DNA of 63,805 bases, filler included, from Octopus bimaculoides (lineage: Eukaryota), in NCBI RefSeq assembly GCF_001194135.2. It is 6 parts of 5 records of this genome, joined end to end, with 100 filler letters (N's around TTAATTAATTAA, not from the genome) between each part and the next. Parts side by side here need not be neighbours in the genome. Positions count along the whole stretch, not along the records: positions 22,451 to 50,484 come from NC_068986.1; 5 more parts are not named here. The stretch is one strand, 5' to 3'. The notes beneath the pieces are model-generated. The model did no database searches. It was given only the letters and a program-made list of their open reading frames with translations, and was not told where the DNA came from. Within the stretch, counting starts at the first letter, position 1. Each line of letters opens with the position of its first letter. The position numbers and the translations under genes were made by a program. Below, piece after piece: positions 22,901-36,776 of this stretch.

Positions 22901-24516
22901 CTTTTTATTCAAAAGCATCTTTTTATTGGTCCGGTTCTATCACCGATGTTTTAAACTTCACTCCCGCACACACCGAGTATTCTGATTTACAAACCTAGGA
23001 AGACCACTATTCAATAAATAACTCAGTACATTTTAATATGTAGAGTCAATTTCTGTATAGAATTTTATTTGACATTAACTGTGTTATATAAAGTATGAAT
23101 TAATTCAATGAATAATATCAGTTCAATTTTGTCTTCTGTGAAACAACTTACCTATCGGTGGCTCAACACTGAAAAACGACTGTGGGAAAGATTTGACCTT
23201 TCAGCTTAGAAAACGACTGAGAACAACAAATGTATGAAAAAAAAAACCCCAAAAAAACCCAAAAAAACCATTGATTTAAAAAGAAAGGGAAGAAAAGAAA
23301 GAAAAATATCTAAGATTTTAAAGTTTTATCGAAAAAAATTAAAAATACAAAAACCTGCAAAATACAAAATTACTTCAACAAGGAAAGTATTTACTCTACA
23401 AGTGAGCACATGTGTTTCATTTCATATTTCGGAACCTCACCACGAACGGTTTACGCACACGAAGGACTTGCAAACAATTTTGAGGTACTGAGCTTTATTC
23501 ACAAACCAGTGGTCGCTACGAGGCTGTGGTAGCGGACTCTTGACCAAGTTTCTGAGCTATGGCATCGATTCTGGAGCTATGACTTGCTGAATTGAACCAT
23601 TGGTTCTCAACCTTTTGTAACTCAGCATCCTTTTTCACGAACGACCCCAGGTCATGTTCTGCAATAAATAAATAAATAAATAAATAAATAAAAATAAAAA
23701 TAATTTTTTTTTAAATAAATAAAAAGTAAGAGAATTAACGAAACAGAAGCTCATTGTGTGCAACGGTTTATTATTATCTGTATTTCTTATACTAGCGTCT
23801 GCCTTGATTTTTGATATTTGAACGCATTAGTATCTGGTCATGCTTATTTCTTTAATGGATATTTGTTAAGTGGGTGAAGGCCTACTTTATCCTTTCTACT
23901 CTAGGCACACGGCCAGAGATTTTGGGGAAGGGGAAGGTGTCGATTTTATCAGCTCCAGTACTTGATTGGTATTTATTTTATCAACTCAAAAAGGATGAAA
24001 GGCAAAATCGATCTGGGCGAAATTTGAACTCAGAACGTGAAGCCGAAAGAAATGCAGGTAAACGTTTAATCTAGTGTTCAACATTAATTAATGTATTTTG
24101 GGGAAAATTTGAGCGTTATTACAAGCCAATCGAGCCAGAGTGCAGAGGTGCCCTCGATGGGTCGAAAATGATTAGTTGTTTTCCGGTATAGATACTAAGG
24201 TTCAGGATTATATTGGTAGGTGGAAGAGGAAAAGGAGCTTGTGTGATATTCGTGTTTCTCTAAAAAGGTATGAGTACTATATGCATAACAAGAAATGATT
24301 TCATCTGGAAATGGAATTTGCACTGCGGATCCAGTGGCCTTAGCATATCAAATGCCTTTACTTTGTAGCAGAACGACGACGACCGAAACCACCATCACCA
24401 CCACTGTAGTCTTGAATATACAAAAAGACGGGATGGTTATGGTTAGAACGTCATTACTCGCACGTCTGCTCGGTCAGAGTTGACTTGAGCGTAAACAGCA
24501 CCAACATCATCATCAC

Positions 24517-24548
<32 letters not shown>

Positions 24549-24609
24549 CACTACCACCACCATCACCACCACCACCACCACCAACAACAACAACAATATC
24601 AAAAAGAGT

Positions 24610-24760
24610 ACCGGAACAGTCCTGAACCGGATTCGACCGACAATCAAATCTGTTTTACTCTTGATAGCAGGTGTCCGACATATGGCCAGAAGCTGGCGAT
24701 CAATGAATGACCAGTGACCACTGGATGAAAGTGAAATAATTACTTCTTGTAGTCGCTCCC
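24610..24760 (+). pseudogene. short LINE reverse-transcriptase remnant
   Basis: VLNRIRPTIKSVL...AG.R, followed by a GRS-GDQ-like remnant, resembles the RT N-terminal NRIRP...QAGFR..RSC.DQ motif. Confidence 0.4.
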
Positions 24761-24871
24761 GCACCTCTGTCACATCTAAATAACTCCCTACCATTCTTCA
24801 ACAATATTCGTTATAAAACGTTTTGATTTTAATAGTGTAACTGTTGTATTTCTTAAAATATGTATACATTA

Positions 24872-24943
<72 letters not shown>

Positions 24944-27399
24944 ATACACACACATAAACACACACACACACATATATATAAATACATACATATATATATA
25001 TTAGCTGATGGCAAAGCTTTGTGGTAAGAAGGTTTCTTCCCAACCACATTGCTCCAGGCTTAGTCTCACTGCGTAGTACCTTAGGTAAAATTCTTCTATT
25101 AAAGTCCCTGGACGACCAAAGTCCTCTGAGTGGATTTGGCTGACAGAAAATGAAAGACTGTCGTGTATATATATATAATTCACGAGAAAATAATTCACTA
25201 GAAAAAATAATCATGAAAAAATAATTTGCGAAGGTATCATCGACTCTATTATTATCTAGTGTAACAATTCAAAAGTGATAATACCAGAATCAATAATATA
25301 TGTTCATATTTGTGTTTGTCCCACACTGCAACTTGACACCCAGTGTTGTATTGTTTACGTCCGCGTAACTTAGCGCTTCGGCAAAAGATATCGATAAAAT
25401 AAGTAGAAAGCTTTAAAAAACAAGTACTGGCGTTGATTCATTCGACTAATACACTTCAAGACAGTGCCCCAGCATGGCAGCAGTCCAATGACTGAAACAA
25501 GTGAAAGATAAGTCACAAGTATCTTGGACTGCATCCAGAGTAGGACCCTACGACTGATTGGCAAATAATCACCCACAGGTACATTCGATCCCTTAGTTAT
25601 TACTTTTGCGACGAATTGATGAAGCATTAAGGCGTCGGTCAAAAAACCTTACAGTATTTATTTCCGATTCTTTATGTTCTGAGTCCAACTTCGCTTTTCA
25701 TCCTCCCCAAATCAACATGAAACACCAGTCAGGCACTGGAGTCAATTCAATCGACTGTTCTCACTCCCTTAATTTCTGGTTTTTGAGCTGATGTAAGAAG
25801 TTTTTACCTTCAGATGCACCTACCCACTTCTTGTTGCATACATCCATGTCGCATTGTGGTTTGCGGGTCAGTGCTTTACAGACGGTTTAGAACTAAATTG
25901 GCCATGACACTCTGCGGAATTTCGTTCGTCTTTACGTTCTGGGTTCAAATTCCGCCGAGGTCGACCTTTGCCTTTCATTTTTTCGGAGTCTATGAAATAA
26001 GTACCAGTTGCTCACAAGAGATAAATATAATTGACTAACCTCTTTCCCCAACATTTCAGGCCTTGTGCCTATAGTAAGGAAATACTTGATTGAAGCTTAT
26101 AACTCGTTCACCAATTTAACATCCCTGCCTCTGGTTTACTGCTGCTTACACCACTGAACTTAATCACTCCATGGAACACACTCACAGTCAGGTGGAGTAA
26201 GCTATTGAGAAATAACTATCGTTTTATTTTGTGATACAAATCCTGCCATTCCCGTGTTCAGCCAGATATTGTTAAGTTTAATCATATATTGTTAACAACC
26301 TATCAGAAACACAAAGAACACTTTGAGGAATGCAGTCCAGGGCGTACTGTAACTGAAAATAAGATGAAATGGCCCTGAAAGGAATGTTTTCCTTCTTTCG
26401 AGCAAAAAATGAAGCCTTAGGTCAATGGTTTCCAACCTTTTCAATATTTTGCACCCTTAGGATACGTTTGATTAAATTTCACACCCTCTTCGAAAGTAAT
26501 ATCGCATAATGAAGATAAAAACATCAATTTTCTAATAACGTATTTATTATCCTTTTTTTAATTGAAATACATACAGTACTGCGAATGAATGCATTGAACT
26601 TAAACAATAAGTGCATTAGAATGCAAATGTAAATTGAGCAGTTGGAAAAAATAACTGTAAGCAGTAAAATCAATCACATGACATTTTTGTTCCTGCTTCT
26701 CATTCATAAATTTAATTAAAACGTGGAACTTTCTTATTGACTCGATCCACAGATATGCCTGTGGATTCAGGCGATTTCTAGATTTTGTCTTGATTGACAA
26801 AAGAGAACTGAATCCAGATTCACGTATGTCGTTGCAAATGAAATGAGGAAACAGTTCTTCGCCTTAATCCTTTATGGATTGAATCTCCATAAGAAGAATA
26901 AAGCTTTTGATGTAATTCGTAAAGTTATTTTTAAGAGTTAATTAATAATTTTATTCTGAAAAGTGATTTTAATAAATATGTATAAATGTTTCCTCATTTC
27001 AGCAAAGTATATATTTTCCCTCCTGAAATACCATCTCGCACTCCAGGCTGGGAGTTATGCTCTTGGCGGTCACTCAACCTCTCAGAAAAAGTAGATAAAT
27101 TACTTTCAAATCATACGATACAAAAGTGAAGGTTTAACTTCGACGCAGAAAATCTGTTTATCATTGCCTAAATAATAGAAACCATATTTGGTAATACATA
27201 CATACAATCAACAATAAAACCACCCTTGATATCAGCCTACATATTAAAGAAATAGTTCGTGTACTGTGCAAGTAAAGATACTTTCCTCTTGTCACAAAGC
27301 AAGTTACATAAGAAAAAAGATGGAATAGGGATAAGTTCTCCCTTTCGGTCAACCTTTGCCGTGTTCTACATGGGTAATTAATAAATCACACAAAACAAG

Positions 27400-28610
27400 A
27401 AGGTATGAATTTTTTAGATACATCAGGTTTATCGGCAATAAACTTGTCGTTATGGGATACACGGGAAGATGCCGAAAAATAAAAGAACTTTATTAAAAAT
27501 GCAACATCCATAACAACACAAGTAAAACTTCTAGCGAAAAACAACAGTCTCTATACCTATTCATAAACATGATATACATCATAAAAAGATACACATCATA
27601 TCGTCTACATCAATTACAGAAATGAATATCAGTATCTATATGGAAAGAGAGAATGTCTACACACATCTGTAATGCCAATGGTGAAATCCCTACTAGAAAA
27701 GTATTTAGATATTCTTTCATAATCAAAACAGTAAATGAAGAAGTCAATAGAATAAAACAAAGCCTAATCAATAGCGGATATTGAAACGAACTAATAAACC
27801 AAACCATAGAACAATACAAAAACAAATGCAACACAGCAAATACGCAAGAAACCACACCGATCAAAAATACATGAGCCATCCATAAATTGTATTATATGAA
27901 TCAAGTGGATACTAACTACAAAAATGATAAAACCATTATCAAAAGCCTCATAAAAATTGTATAAAAATACTTTACATTTAACCATAAACTAACAATAATA
28001 ATAATATACTACGAAACACTAGAATGAAGAACTTTCTAAACAGCATGAAACCACAGTATATAAACATACGAATAAGCAAGTAATGACCATTGTGGTTTAT
28101 AAACATGAAAGATATAAACTTCACGACTGCAACTGCTTTGTTGGTTATATAATTACGACACTTTCTCATTGGCTTACAATACATTTACAAGAAGCGACTG
28201 TCATACATTACACCACACAAAATAAAACAAAATAGGAGAACTTTAGTAAACGTATTTCTCTATTCTTATGCAATGTAATAATTGCGATGCACTACTCTAT
28301 ACAACATAAAACAAAGCTAGTCAGGAAAGCATTAGTCGTTAACGCATCCATACTATTCAGAATTGTTCAGAAAAATAGACACTTAAGGATAGAAGTAATA
28401 TTTGTGACACAATATAATGCTAAAATAAATACAAAAGACAGCATAAAGAAGTCACAAACAAAAGTAAACTCCTGAATTATGACGTTACAATCTAAAGTTC
28501 AAAAACTCAAATGTTGGTAGTAACATTGACAACACGCCACAACTACGTCATCCTGAAGATGAGACCTCGAAGTCCTTGAAATGTTGAAGACAAGTTTGAA
28601 AATTTTACAG
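27400..28610 (+). mobile_element. Penelope-like element (RT C-terminus, linker, GIY-YIG, pLTR), decayed
   Basis: RYVDD-like remnant near 27450, then EEVNRIKQSLINSGY, KLYYMNQVDTNYKNDKTIIKSLIK, IIYY/RNTRMKNFL and VVYKHERYKLHDCNCFVGYIITTLSHWLTIHLQ, followed by a hammerhead-like core. Confidence 0.8.
28553..28586 (+). ncRNA. degenerate PLE-type hammerhead core
   Basis: CTGAAGA-T-GAGAC-ctcgaa-GTCCTT-GAAA-tgttg, at the expected pLTR position after the GIY-YIG region. Confidence 0.45.
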
Positions 28611-29356
28611 TGTCAAGCAAACTGGAGGAAACTCGTACGTAATAATGAAAGAATAAATGAACAAAATAACGTTAACAGAAAAGCTAGAAAGTAATAACGT
28701 TTTCAGTGCGCCATGTGCGCGCATATATATATATATATATACAAATACACACACACACACACACAACCCATACGTACATACACACACACACACACACTGA
28801 CTTCTTTTAAGTAATCACCAAGCGTCTCCTGCCGGATAAGGGTTGACCTGGGGTTAAAGAACAACAACAGCAACAACAACAACAACCATGATATACAAAT
28901 CCTTTGCACTCCATGCTGAGACAATACGATGAGGATTTAATAGAATGTTTTGCCAACACTTTGCCAACATCAGTTAACTCCATGTCATATATTTCAATAA
29001 CACCACCCCTAGTTAATTTTCTTTGACAATCTTTACAAGTTTATTTTTCCCATGTTATCAATTATGAGTTAATGTCATAGATCTGACAATATCACGACTC
29101 CACCCCTTAAGGCAATTACTACAGCAGACGAAAAAAAACAAAAACAAACAATCAGGGTGCCGCTGTAGACAGATTAATAAACGCGGAGGAAGAGAAGACA
29201 TTGCGAGCAAAATGTGTGGAGTATTTTAACAAAACAATATATACATTCATACATGCGCACACACGCGGGCGCGCAAACGTAATACATACATAAATGAGCA
29301 TGTATATACATACATACACATATACACTCACACATATATATGCACGTATATATATG

Positions 29357-29391
<35 letters not shown>

Positions 29392-29614
29392 NNNNNNNNN
29401 NNNNNNNNNNNNNNNNNNNNNNNNNNNNNNNNNNNNNNNNNNNNNNNNNNNNNNNNNNNNNNNNNNNNNNNNNNNNNNATAATACGTACACTCACACCCA
29501 TATACATATATGAATACATATGTAAATGTATATATACATATACACTACATAGACGCATACATACATGCGTGAGTGAACGCGTAAGGCTATGTATGTCTGA
29601 GGACACACACACAT

Positions 29615-29658
<44 letters not shown>

Positions 29659-29832
29659 CCAAGTGTTAACTGAGGTTATTATTTTGAAGCAAGTTTAAGA
29701 ATAACAAAAGAACATTTACTGAAGCTGAGGGGATTCAATACTCAGAATAGAATAAAATCGGTTATAAAATCTGTGTCGACTGGTTGAATAAGCCGTTAGG
29801 CAAAACTCTCATTCAATACAAATTTTATCATA

Positions 29833-31035
29833 AGGTTTTGTAGTCATTTTCGTACGTTCGTCATTCAATTTGATAATCGGGTCATTCAAAGTCGCGAAAA
29901 AATATCAGCGCCATGAGGTTAGTCATTCAAATTCGTTTTTCGATCCGGAGGCGTCAGAAGTGTGGGCTTATGCAAGAACACCTGTTATCTGATGCAAGAA
30001 GAGTGCAACTGTCTGAAATTCCTCATAACTCGCCGTTTCTTAATTGTACGGAAATGGCACATTCTGCCTTTAAGGCGGCTGTCAAGTGGGACCTCGCTCG
30101 AGCTGAGTTGCAGCAAAGGGTTGGCGACCGGGCAGCTGCAGAAGAAGCCAGCATGATCATGGAAGAACGGCGTGCACATGTCATACAACAGGTCGCAAGT
30201 CGTAACATCAACACTATCACTCCAGAAAATTGTGTTCATTGGTTTAGACACACCCAGACCTACCTCTCGAGATGCATCGACCGCCAGGAAATAGACGACT
30301 AAGTCCCCTCAAATGAACTCCTTATCAAGGCTGTAAATTAATAATTATCTGAGTGCACATAGCACCATTTCCNNNNNNNNNNNNNNNNNNNNNNNNNNNN
30401 NNNNNNNNNNNNNNNNNNNNNNNNNNNNNNNNNNNNNNNNNNNNNNNNNNNNNNNNNNNNNNNNNNNNNNNNNNNNNNNNNNNNNNNNNNNNNNNNNNNN
30501 NNNNNNNNNNNNNNNNNNNNNNNNNNNNNNNNNNNNNNNNNNNNNNNNNNNNNNNNNNNNNNNNNNNNNNNNNNNNNNNNNNNNNNNNNNNNNNNNNNNN
30601 NNNNATGATGTCTTTAACAATAAATACATGTACCTATGCAAAAATAAAAGAACACATAGAAAAGGCATGGGCACGATAAAGCGCTTAAAGCATAAACAAT
30701 GGATGAAAACACATGACTATGATAAAAATGATCATGAGATAAAACCAAAACAACTCTCGTGCTAATTTGATTGCTCGAAGCGTTAAATAGATTGCTCGGA
30801 AACGAACTTGAATGCTCGAAAAGACGCTTCCTCACATTCCAACTAATTCGAATGCTCTCGACGGGCATTTTAATGTGAATGATGACAATGGTAAATTCTT
30901 TGACCGAAGTGCGAAATTGAATGATCGAAAAACGAATTTGAATGACTAACTTCATGGCGCTGATATTTTTTCGCGACTTTAAATGGCCCGATTATCAAAT
31001 TGAATGACAAACGTACGAAAATAACTGTAAAAATT
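29833..31035 (+). mobile_element. IS630/Tc1-superfamily element with >100-bp TIRs and a transposase C-terminal remnant
   Basis: 29842-29945 is the near-perfect reverse complement of ~30922-31026. Internal PHNSPFLNCTEMAHSAFKAAVK...ITPENCVHWFRHTQTYLSRC. Interrupted by an N gap. Confidence 0.8.
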
Positions 31036-31056
31036 TATATTATTTATTTATATCTA

Positions 31057-31587
31057 CAGGGTGACTGAAAAGTAACTCCTTATTTCAAAATACTTATAAA
31101 TTATTTATTAATTGTAATTTTTACAATTAATAAATGGATATGAGAGGAATGCTTTTAGCATGAGGTTTTAATTAAAATTCGATATGGGCTTCAGGTGTCG
31201 CCACCAGCTTCTTGTGTCGCCCAGAAATTGCGTCAACTAATTTCACCCGGAAATCTTGTGGGATGGAAGACATAACTTCTCGTTCGCGCTCTTCAGGTTC
31301 TTTCAAAGTCTTTGGTTTGGTACAGTTGACTTGTTCCTTTAACAAACCCCAAAGAAAGAAGCCACAGGGTGTGAAGTCGGGACTCCTGCCTGGCCACTCA
31401 TGCGGATCACGACAACCCATCCATCTCCTGGGAAAAGTGGGCATTCAGCCATTCACGAATGACAAGAGCAATACGATCACAGATCGAATTCTCATACTTC
31501 AAAAAAAAAAAAAATTGAGAAAAAAATAACAATTAATAAATAATATATAAGTATCTTAAAAGAGGGAGTTACTTTTCAGTCCCTCTG
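31057..31587 (-). mobile_element. maT/DD37D-like deletion derivative
   Basis: TIRs cagggtgactgaaaagtaactcc / ggagttacttttcagtccctctg. Remnant WPGRSPDFTPCGFFLWGLLKEQV. Confidence 0.85.
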
Positions 31588-33193
31588 TCCTATCTGCCTC
31601 TTTTGCCGAATAAGTTACGGGGCTGTAAATAAACTAGCACCGATTGTCAAGCGCTGGTCGTTGGTTGCGATCTATTCAACTGGTCATTTCGCCTTCACCA
31701 TTAAGACCACATACAACTTTCTATCTGTTGCTTTAGTCTCTCTCTTGCTAACAACTGTCCACCGGGTCATACAATGACCAGCTGATCATCCATTTGATGG
31801 GTCTTTCGAGGGTTATATAGCTCAATCCTTTGTATATAATTTCACTTACAGACCGGACATGTAAATGTTTGATGGTGGTGGAGGTGGTAGAGTAGGGGAC
31901 GTACAGCTCTGTCTTTCTCTCTCTTAATCTCTCCCTTTTTTTTTGTCTTTCTCTCTCTCCTCCTCTCTCTCTCTTTCTCTGTGTGCGCATGTGCATGTGT
32001 GCACGTGTGGATTTTCTTGTTTCTTCATGTTGTGCGGTGTGCATTTCTCTTTCATATTTTCAATACTTTCTACACAAACACACATGCACGTTCATGTTCA
32101 TAAAGACATATGTACCCAAGAGTGCATATACACACAGAGATTCACACACACACACACACACACATACACATATGCACACGCACACACATACACATATGCA
32201 CACGCACACACACAGACATGCACACACGAATATATACATTCGCAAATACGTACACAACACATGTACATACAGAGAAAAACCATCATGTTGACACATAGTG
32301 GTGCGCATGCACTAACCTATAGGTGAACACACCCGTGCATTCCCGATCAATAAGGGACTCCCACCCGCACATGNNNNNNNNNNNNNNNNNNNNNNNNNNN
32401 NNNNNNNNNNNNNNNNNNNNNNNNNNNNNNNNNNNNNNNNNNNNNNNNNNNNNNNNNNNNNNNNNNNNNNNNNNNNNNNNNNNNNNNNNNNNNNNNNNNN
32501 NNNNNNNNNNNNNNNNNNNNNNNNNNNNNNNNNNNNNNNNNNNNNNNNNNNNNNNNNNNNNNNNNNNNNNNNNNNNNNNNNNNNNNNNNNNNNNNNNNNN
32601 NNNNNNNNNNNNNNNNNNNNNNNNNNNNNNNNNNNNNNNNNNNNNNNNNNNNNNNNNNNNNNNNNNNNNNNNNNNNNNNNNNNNNNNNNNNNNNNNNNNN
32701 NNNNNNNNNNNNNNNNNNNNNNNNNNNNNNNNNNNNNNNNNNNNNNNNNNNNNNNNNNNNNNNNNNNNNNNNNNNNNNNNNNNNNNNNNNNNNNNNNNNN
32801 NNNNNNNNNNNNNNNNNNNNNNNNNNNNNNNNNNNNNNNNNNNNNNNNNNNNNNNNNNNNNNNNNNNNNNNNNNNNNNNNNNNNNNNNNNNNNNNNNNNN
32901 NNNNNNNNNNNNNNNNNNNNNNNNNNNNNNNNNNNNNNNNNNNNNNNNNNNNNNNNNNATAGATAGATAGATAGATAGATAGACAGAGATATGCAAATGG
33001 ATAGCTAGATCGGTGGATGGCTAGATTAATACACAAACAACTGAAAAGATAGCGAGATAAATAGAGAAAGGTGTGTGTGTGCGTGTGTGTGCATGTGTAT
33101 GCGTGTATGAATGTATACATATATATGTATATATATCTATGTACATACATATGTATATATTTATGTATATGTATCTATCTGTTTGTCTGTCTG

Positions 33194-33249
<56 letters not shown>

Positions 33250-34068
33250 AATATGTATTATACATGTACACATATATACATATGTACATACACAGACACA
33301 CACACATATATTTAGACAGATAGCTTGATAAAATGCCGGACAGCTATATAGATGTCATGCTGAAAAAACACAATAAAAAAAAAAACTCCAAGCAAATAAA
33401 ACAAACAATCAAGGCACGAACTGTCAGACAGATACATCCGTATTGCAACAATCGGGATGAAGACGATAATTCCACACAGGTAACTTGCAAACTTTACATC
33501 AAAGTTAAGAGCACTGCTGCATTTGACTACTCAGTGTATATACACACATACATACATACATATATTATATACATGTATATTATATATATATATGTGTGTG
33601 TGTGTGAGTGTGTGTGTGTATATATAAATATATATATATATATATATANNNNNNNNNNNNNNNNNNNNNNNNNNNNNNNNNNNNNNNNNNNNNNNNNNNN
33701 NNNNNNNNNNNNNNNNNNNNNNNNNNNNNNNNNNNNNNNNNNNNNNNNNNNNNNNNNNNNNNNNNNNNNNNNNNNNNNNNNNNNNNNNNNNNNNNNNNNN
33801 NNNNNNNNNNNNNNNNNNNNNNNNNNNNNNNNNNNNNNNNNNNNNNNNNNNNNNNNNNAAAACGAAAAAACATCATGAACATGTCGTTGCATCATATCCA
33901 TTTCCTGCCCCTCCCCAACCCCCTTTATTTGTTTGCACCCACACCGTTTGTACATGTCCTCTCTGCACTGTATTCTTCGCCATGCATGTATAAACTCCTG
34001 CCCTGTATTTTACTGCTTCTCCACCCTTCTTCCTTATTACAAGGGACGGCTGACGTTCGAAATAGCTC

Positions 34069-34160
<92 letters not shown>

Positions 34161-34680
34161 ACACTCATATAGACACACGCATATATATATATACTCTTAG
34201 ACGCACATATGCACTCGTATACAAATGCATATATTCATACCAATTTTTTGAAGTTTATTTCTTCCGAAAAAAATTTATTTTATTTTATTTGGATGTAGAA
34301 GAAGGGGAAGGAAAGACACTGTCTTTGTCTCTCTCACACACACTCATACACACACATACACTCATCGTCTCTTTCTCTTTCTCTCACGCATATATATATA
34401 TATATATACACACATACACAGAACAAGGAAAGAAAAAAAAACGATTAGCGCCTGAGGAGTCAAACGCTGATAGCTTGGCGAGCACGCGGCACGATACAAC
34501 ACGTTCTGTGCTACAGGAGTTCCAGGATGAAGGAATAGAGGAATGAATAGATAGATAAATATATCATTAGGTAACTAAACAACAAATATAGTAACAGCAG
34601 CAGTAACAACAACAGCAATTTCTGATAACTTTGATAATTACAATGACGATGACGATGATAACAATTACAATGAAAATTTT

Positions 34681-34741
<61 letters not shown>

Positions 34742-34748
34742 CACTACA

Positions 34749-34783
<35 letters not shown>

Positions 34784-34804
34784 TAATAATGATAATAATA
34801 AATG

Positions 34805-36490
34805 TTTTCTTTATTAACCACTAGGGTCTTACAAAAAGATCGAGGATGGTACGGGACGGTACAATATGATGCAATATGGGATTGCATAATAGCGCGTAAA
34901 CAGTAAAATAAAAGAAACAAAGGAGCAACAAAATTCAAACAAGAAATCTCCCCAAAAGTGGGGAGACGTCCGAGTGTAGCTCGTAGAAACCTCTCAAAAC
35001 CACAATCCCACTGACCACTAGGCAAGTTCCATCTCACTTTCTTCTTCTTCTCTCAGTCTATAGGCACATGTTCAGAACAGACCTGTTCACTCGGACCATC
35101 CTTGTCACTCTCATCCATCTTTCATCAAATCTGTTGAAAGGCAGCGTTTCCCTCTCCACTCTCACTTTCCTTTTCAAGTGGAACTTGAAAAAGTTGACGA
35201 GGGCTTGGCCAAAGAAGACGGTATCTGTCCTTAAACCTTTCAGTTTGTCCATTTTTGCTAAGGCTTCTAGACAGATAAAGACTGTATGTGTTTCTCGGCC
35301 AAAGGAAGGCAGCGGACCGATCTTCACAATCGACTTAGCTGATGGCCGAATCCATTCCACTCGCGAGAGCAGTTGTTTGACAACTCCACGAGTCAGCAAT
35401 ACTGCGGGTACAGGACGAGTGCGTGCAAAACAGTTTCGGGAATCGGTAATGTTCCCACCACACACCACCACCACCACTACCACCACCTCTGGTAACAATG
35501 ACAAGCCAGAGATTTCTGGAAATTATTGATGAACGTTGGCCCGAAATTCTTCTGGAACACACCAGCCAGTTGACTTTCGTCAACACCAAGAGTTTCTTTG
35601 AGAACGTTGTTGTTCTTGCCCGTCATTAACCATCTGTAAAACGCCAAAGTAGAATTTTCACAGAACATATTACCCGATTGTGTGCACCTTACAATATTCT
35701 CGGTACCAGGCAGACTGTCGCGGTCTACGCTTGATTCAGGACAACAAATCTGTCAAAGAGATGGGCCAAGGAAAACGTGTCCGACAAATAACCACCACAC
35801 TTGTTAAATGTTAAGGATATGTTGGAGATGCTGTAGCTTTCATACATCTCTGCGCCTCTCTAGCCACAGTACGTACAATCCTCCATTCAGTGAGTGTTGA
35901 CAGCAAATACAGCGTCTGACCAGTGGAATGCGTCCCTTTCACAAAAAAAGTGGAGGTGCAGATGATTTGGCGCAAGGCACATCCGTCAGACGTAATAGAT
36001 GACGGATGAGATGAAGGAGTTCATCATCTCTGCCCGATGTTTCAGGGATAGACTCTACTCAGCCCAATTCTGAGTGAGATTGGTAACCCGGCTCGTCACC
36101 TTATCTTAATTCTCGTTCAAACTTCGAGCAATTCAACCGGTCTATCCGTCCAGGGTCTTACAATGCAATTAGACGGCATAAACCTGCCTCTCCGAGCTGC
36201 GGCCAGTGATATTGGTAGGATGTCTTTATGTTGTAGTTGTGTTGGCGATCCTTGTTCCCTGGGTGGTGATGTTGCTGTCTGCAGCTGGTATCGTTGAGAG
36301 TGTTTTTGTTGTTCCTTTTCGTGCCGCTTCTCTTGGTCCTACTGCTGTTCATGCTGCTGTTGCTGCTTCTGATTTTGTTGCTGATGTTGCTGTTGTGGTA
36401 AAGGCATCGGCTAAAAAGGGGTCCTTCCTACTCTGCTTCTTCTTTTTCTTTGGCAGTAAACAGAAAGATCTTACATGTTATGTGTCTCCA
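34805..36490 (-). mobile_element. L1/Tx1-clade LINE, copy 1 (post-RT ORF2, zinc-knuckle region, 3' UTR; low-complexity ORF1-like piece at 36200-36490)
   Basis: VTSRVTNLTQNWAE*SLSLKHRAE, KGRIPLVRRCICCQHSLNGGL, FQKSLACHCY, ETVLHALV and ALVNFFKFHLKRKVRVERE..F.ERW. AATAAA then (TTA)n near 34810. Confidence 0.8.
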
Positions 36491-36657
36491 AATATATAAC
36501 CTTCTGAAAAGCCGTAAGCCATTCGGAAGGTTGATTACATCAAGTATAACCTCTATACTTTCTTGACCTGTTTAAATTAATAATGCCATCTCTGTGTCTG
36601 ATCAATTTTTCTTTCTCAGCCTGTAAACTGGCAGACTATTTTTATTTTCCATGTCGT

Positions 36658-36776
36658 ATCGGACAAGAATCGATGTTTTCAACGTGATTTGGCCGTAAAC
36701 TTGTTTACTACACCTAGGTTTCCCAAGCAGTCACCCATCTAAGTACTAAGTAGATTCGACTTACTTAACTCAGCTG
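36658..36776 (-). pseudogene. 5S rRNA-derived sequence, circularly permuted (nt ~45-119, then AA, then nt 1-43)
   Basis: Minus strand: cagctgagttaagtaagtcgaatctacttagtacttagatgggtgactgcttgggaaacctaggtgtagtaaac-aa-gtttacggccaaatcacgttgaaaacatcgattcttgtccgat. The 5' part matches a recalled metazoan 5S consensus at 38/43, and box C agtactt-gatgggtgac is recognisable. Confidence 0.85.

Noticed and set aside
23152-23216. 65-nt segment with a strong AG|GTAAGT donor on the minus strand
   Set aside because: Stops in all three frames and no other support; it could be a non-coding exon but cannot be claimed.
26315-26368. LQYALDCIPQSVL after an acceptor-like site on the minus strand, resembling MTFMT LISVLKNLPESL
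   Set aside because: Similarity stops after ~12 residues, there is no donor at the expected length or phase, and the intervening exon is missing.
26423-27060. Possible Charlie-type MITE (left end caatggtttccaacctttt)
   Set aside because: The right terminus match is too weak and there is no TSD.
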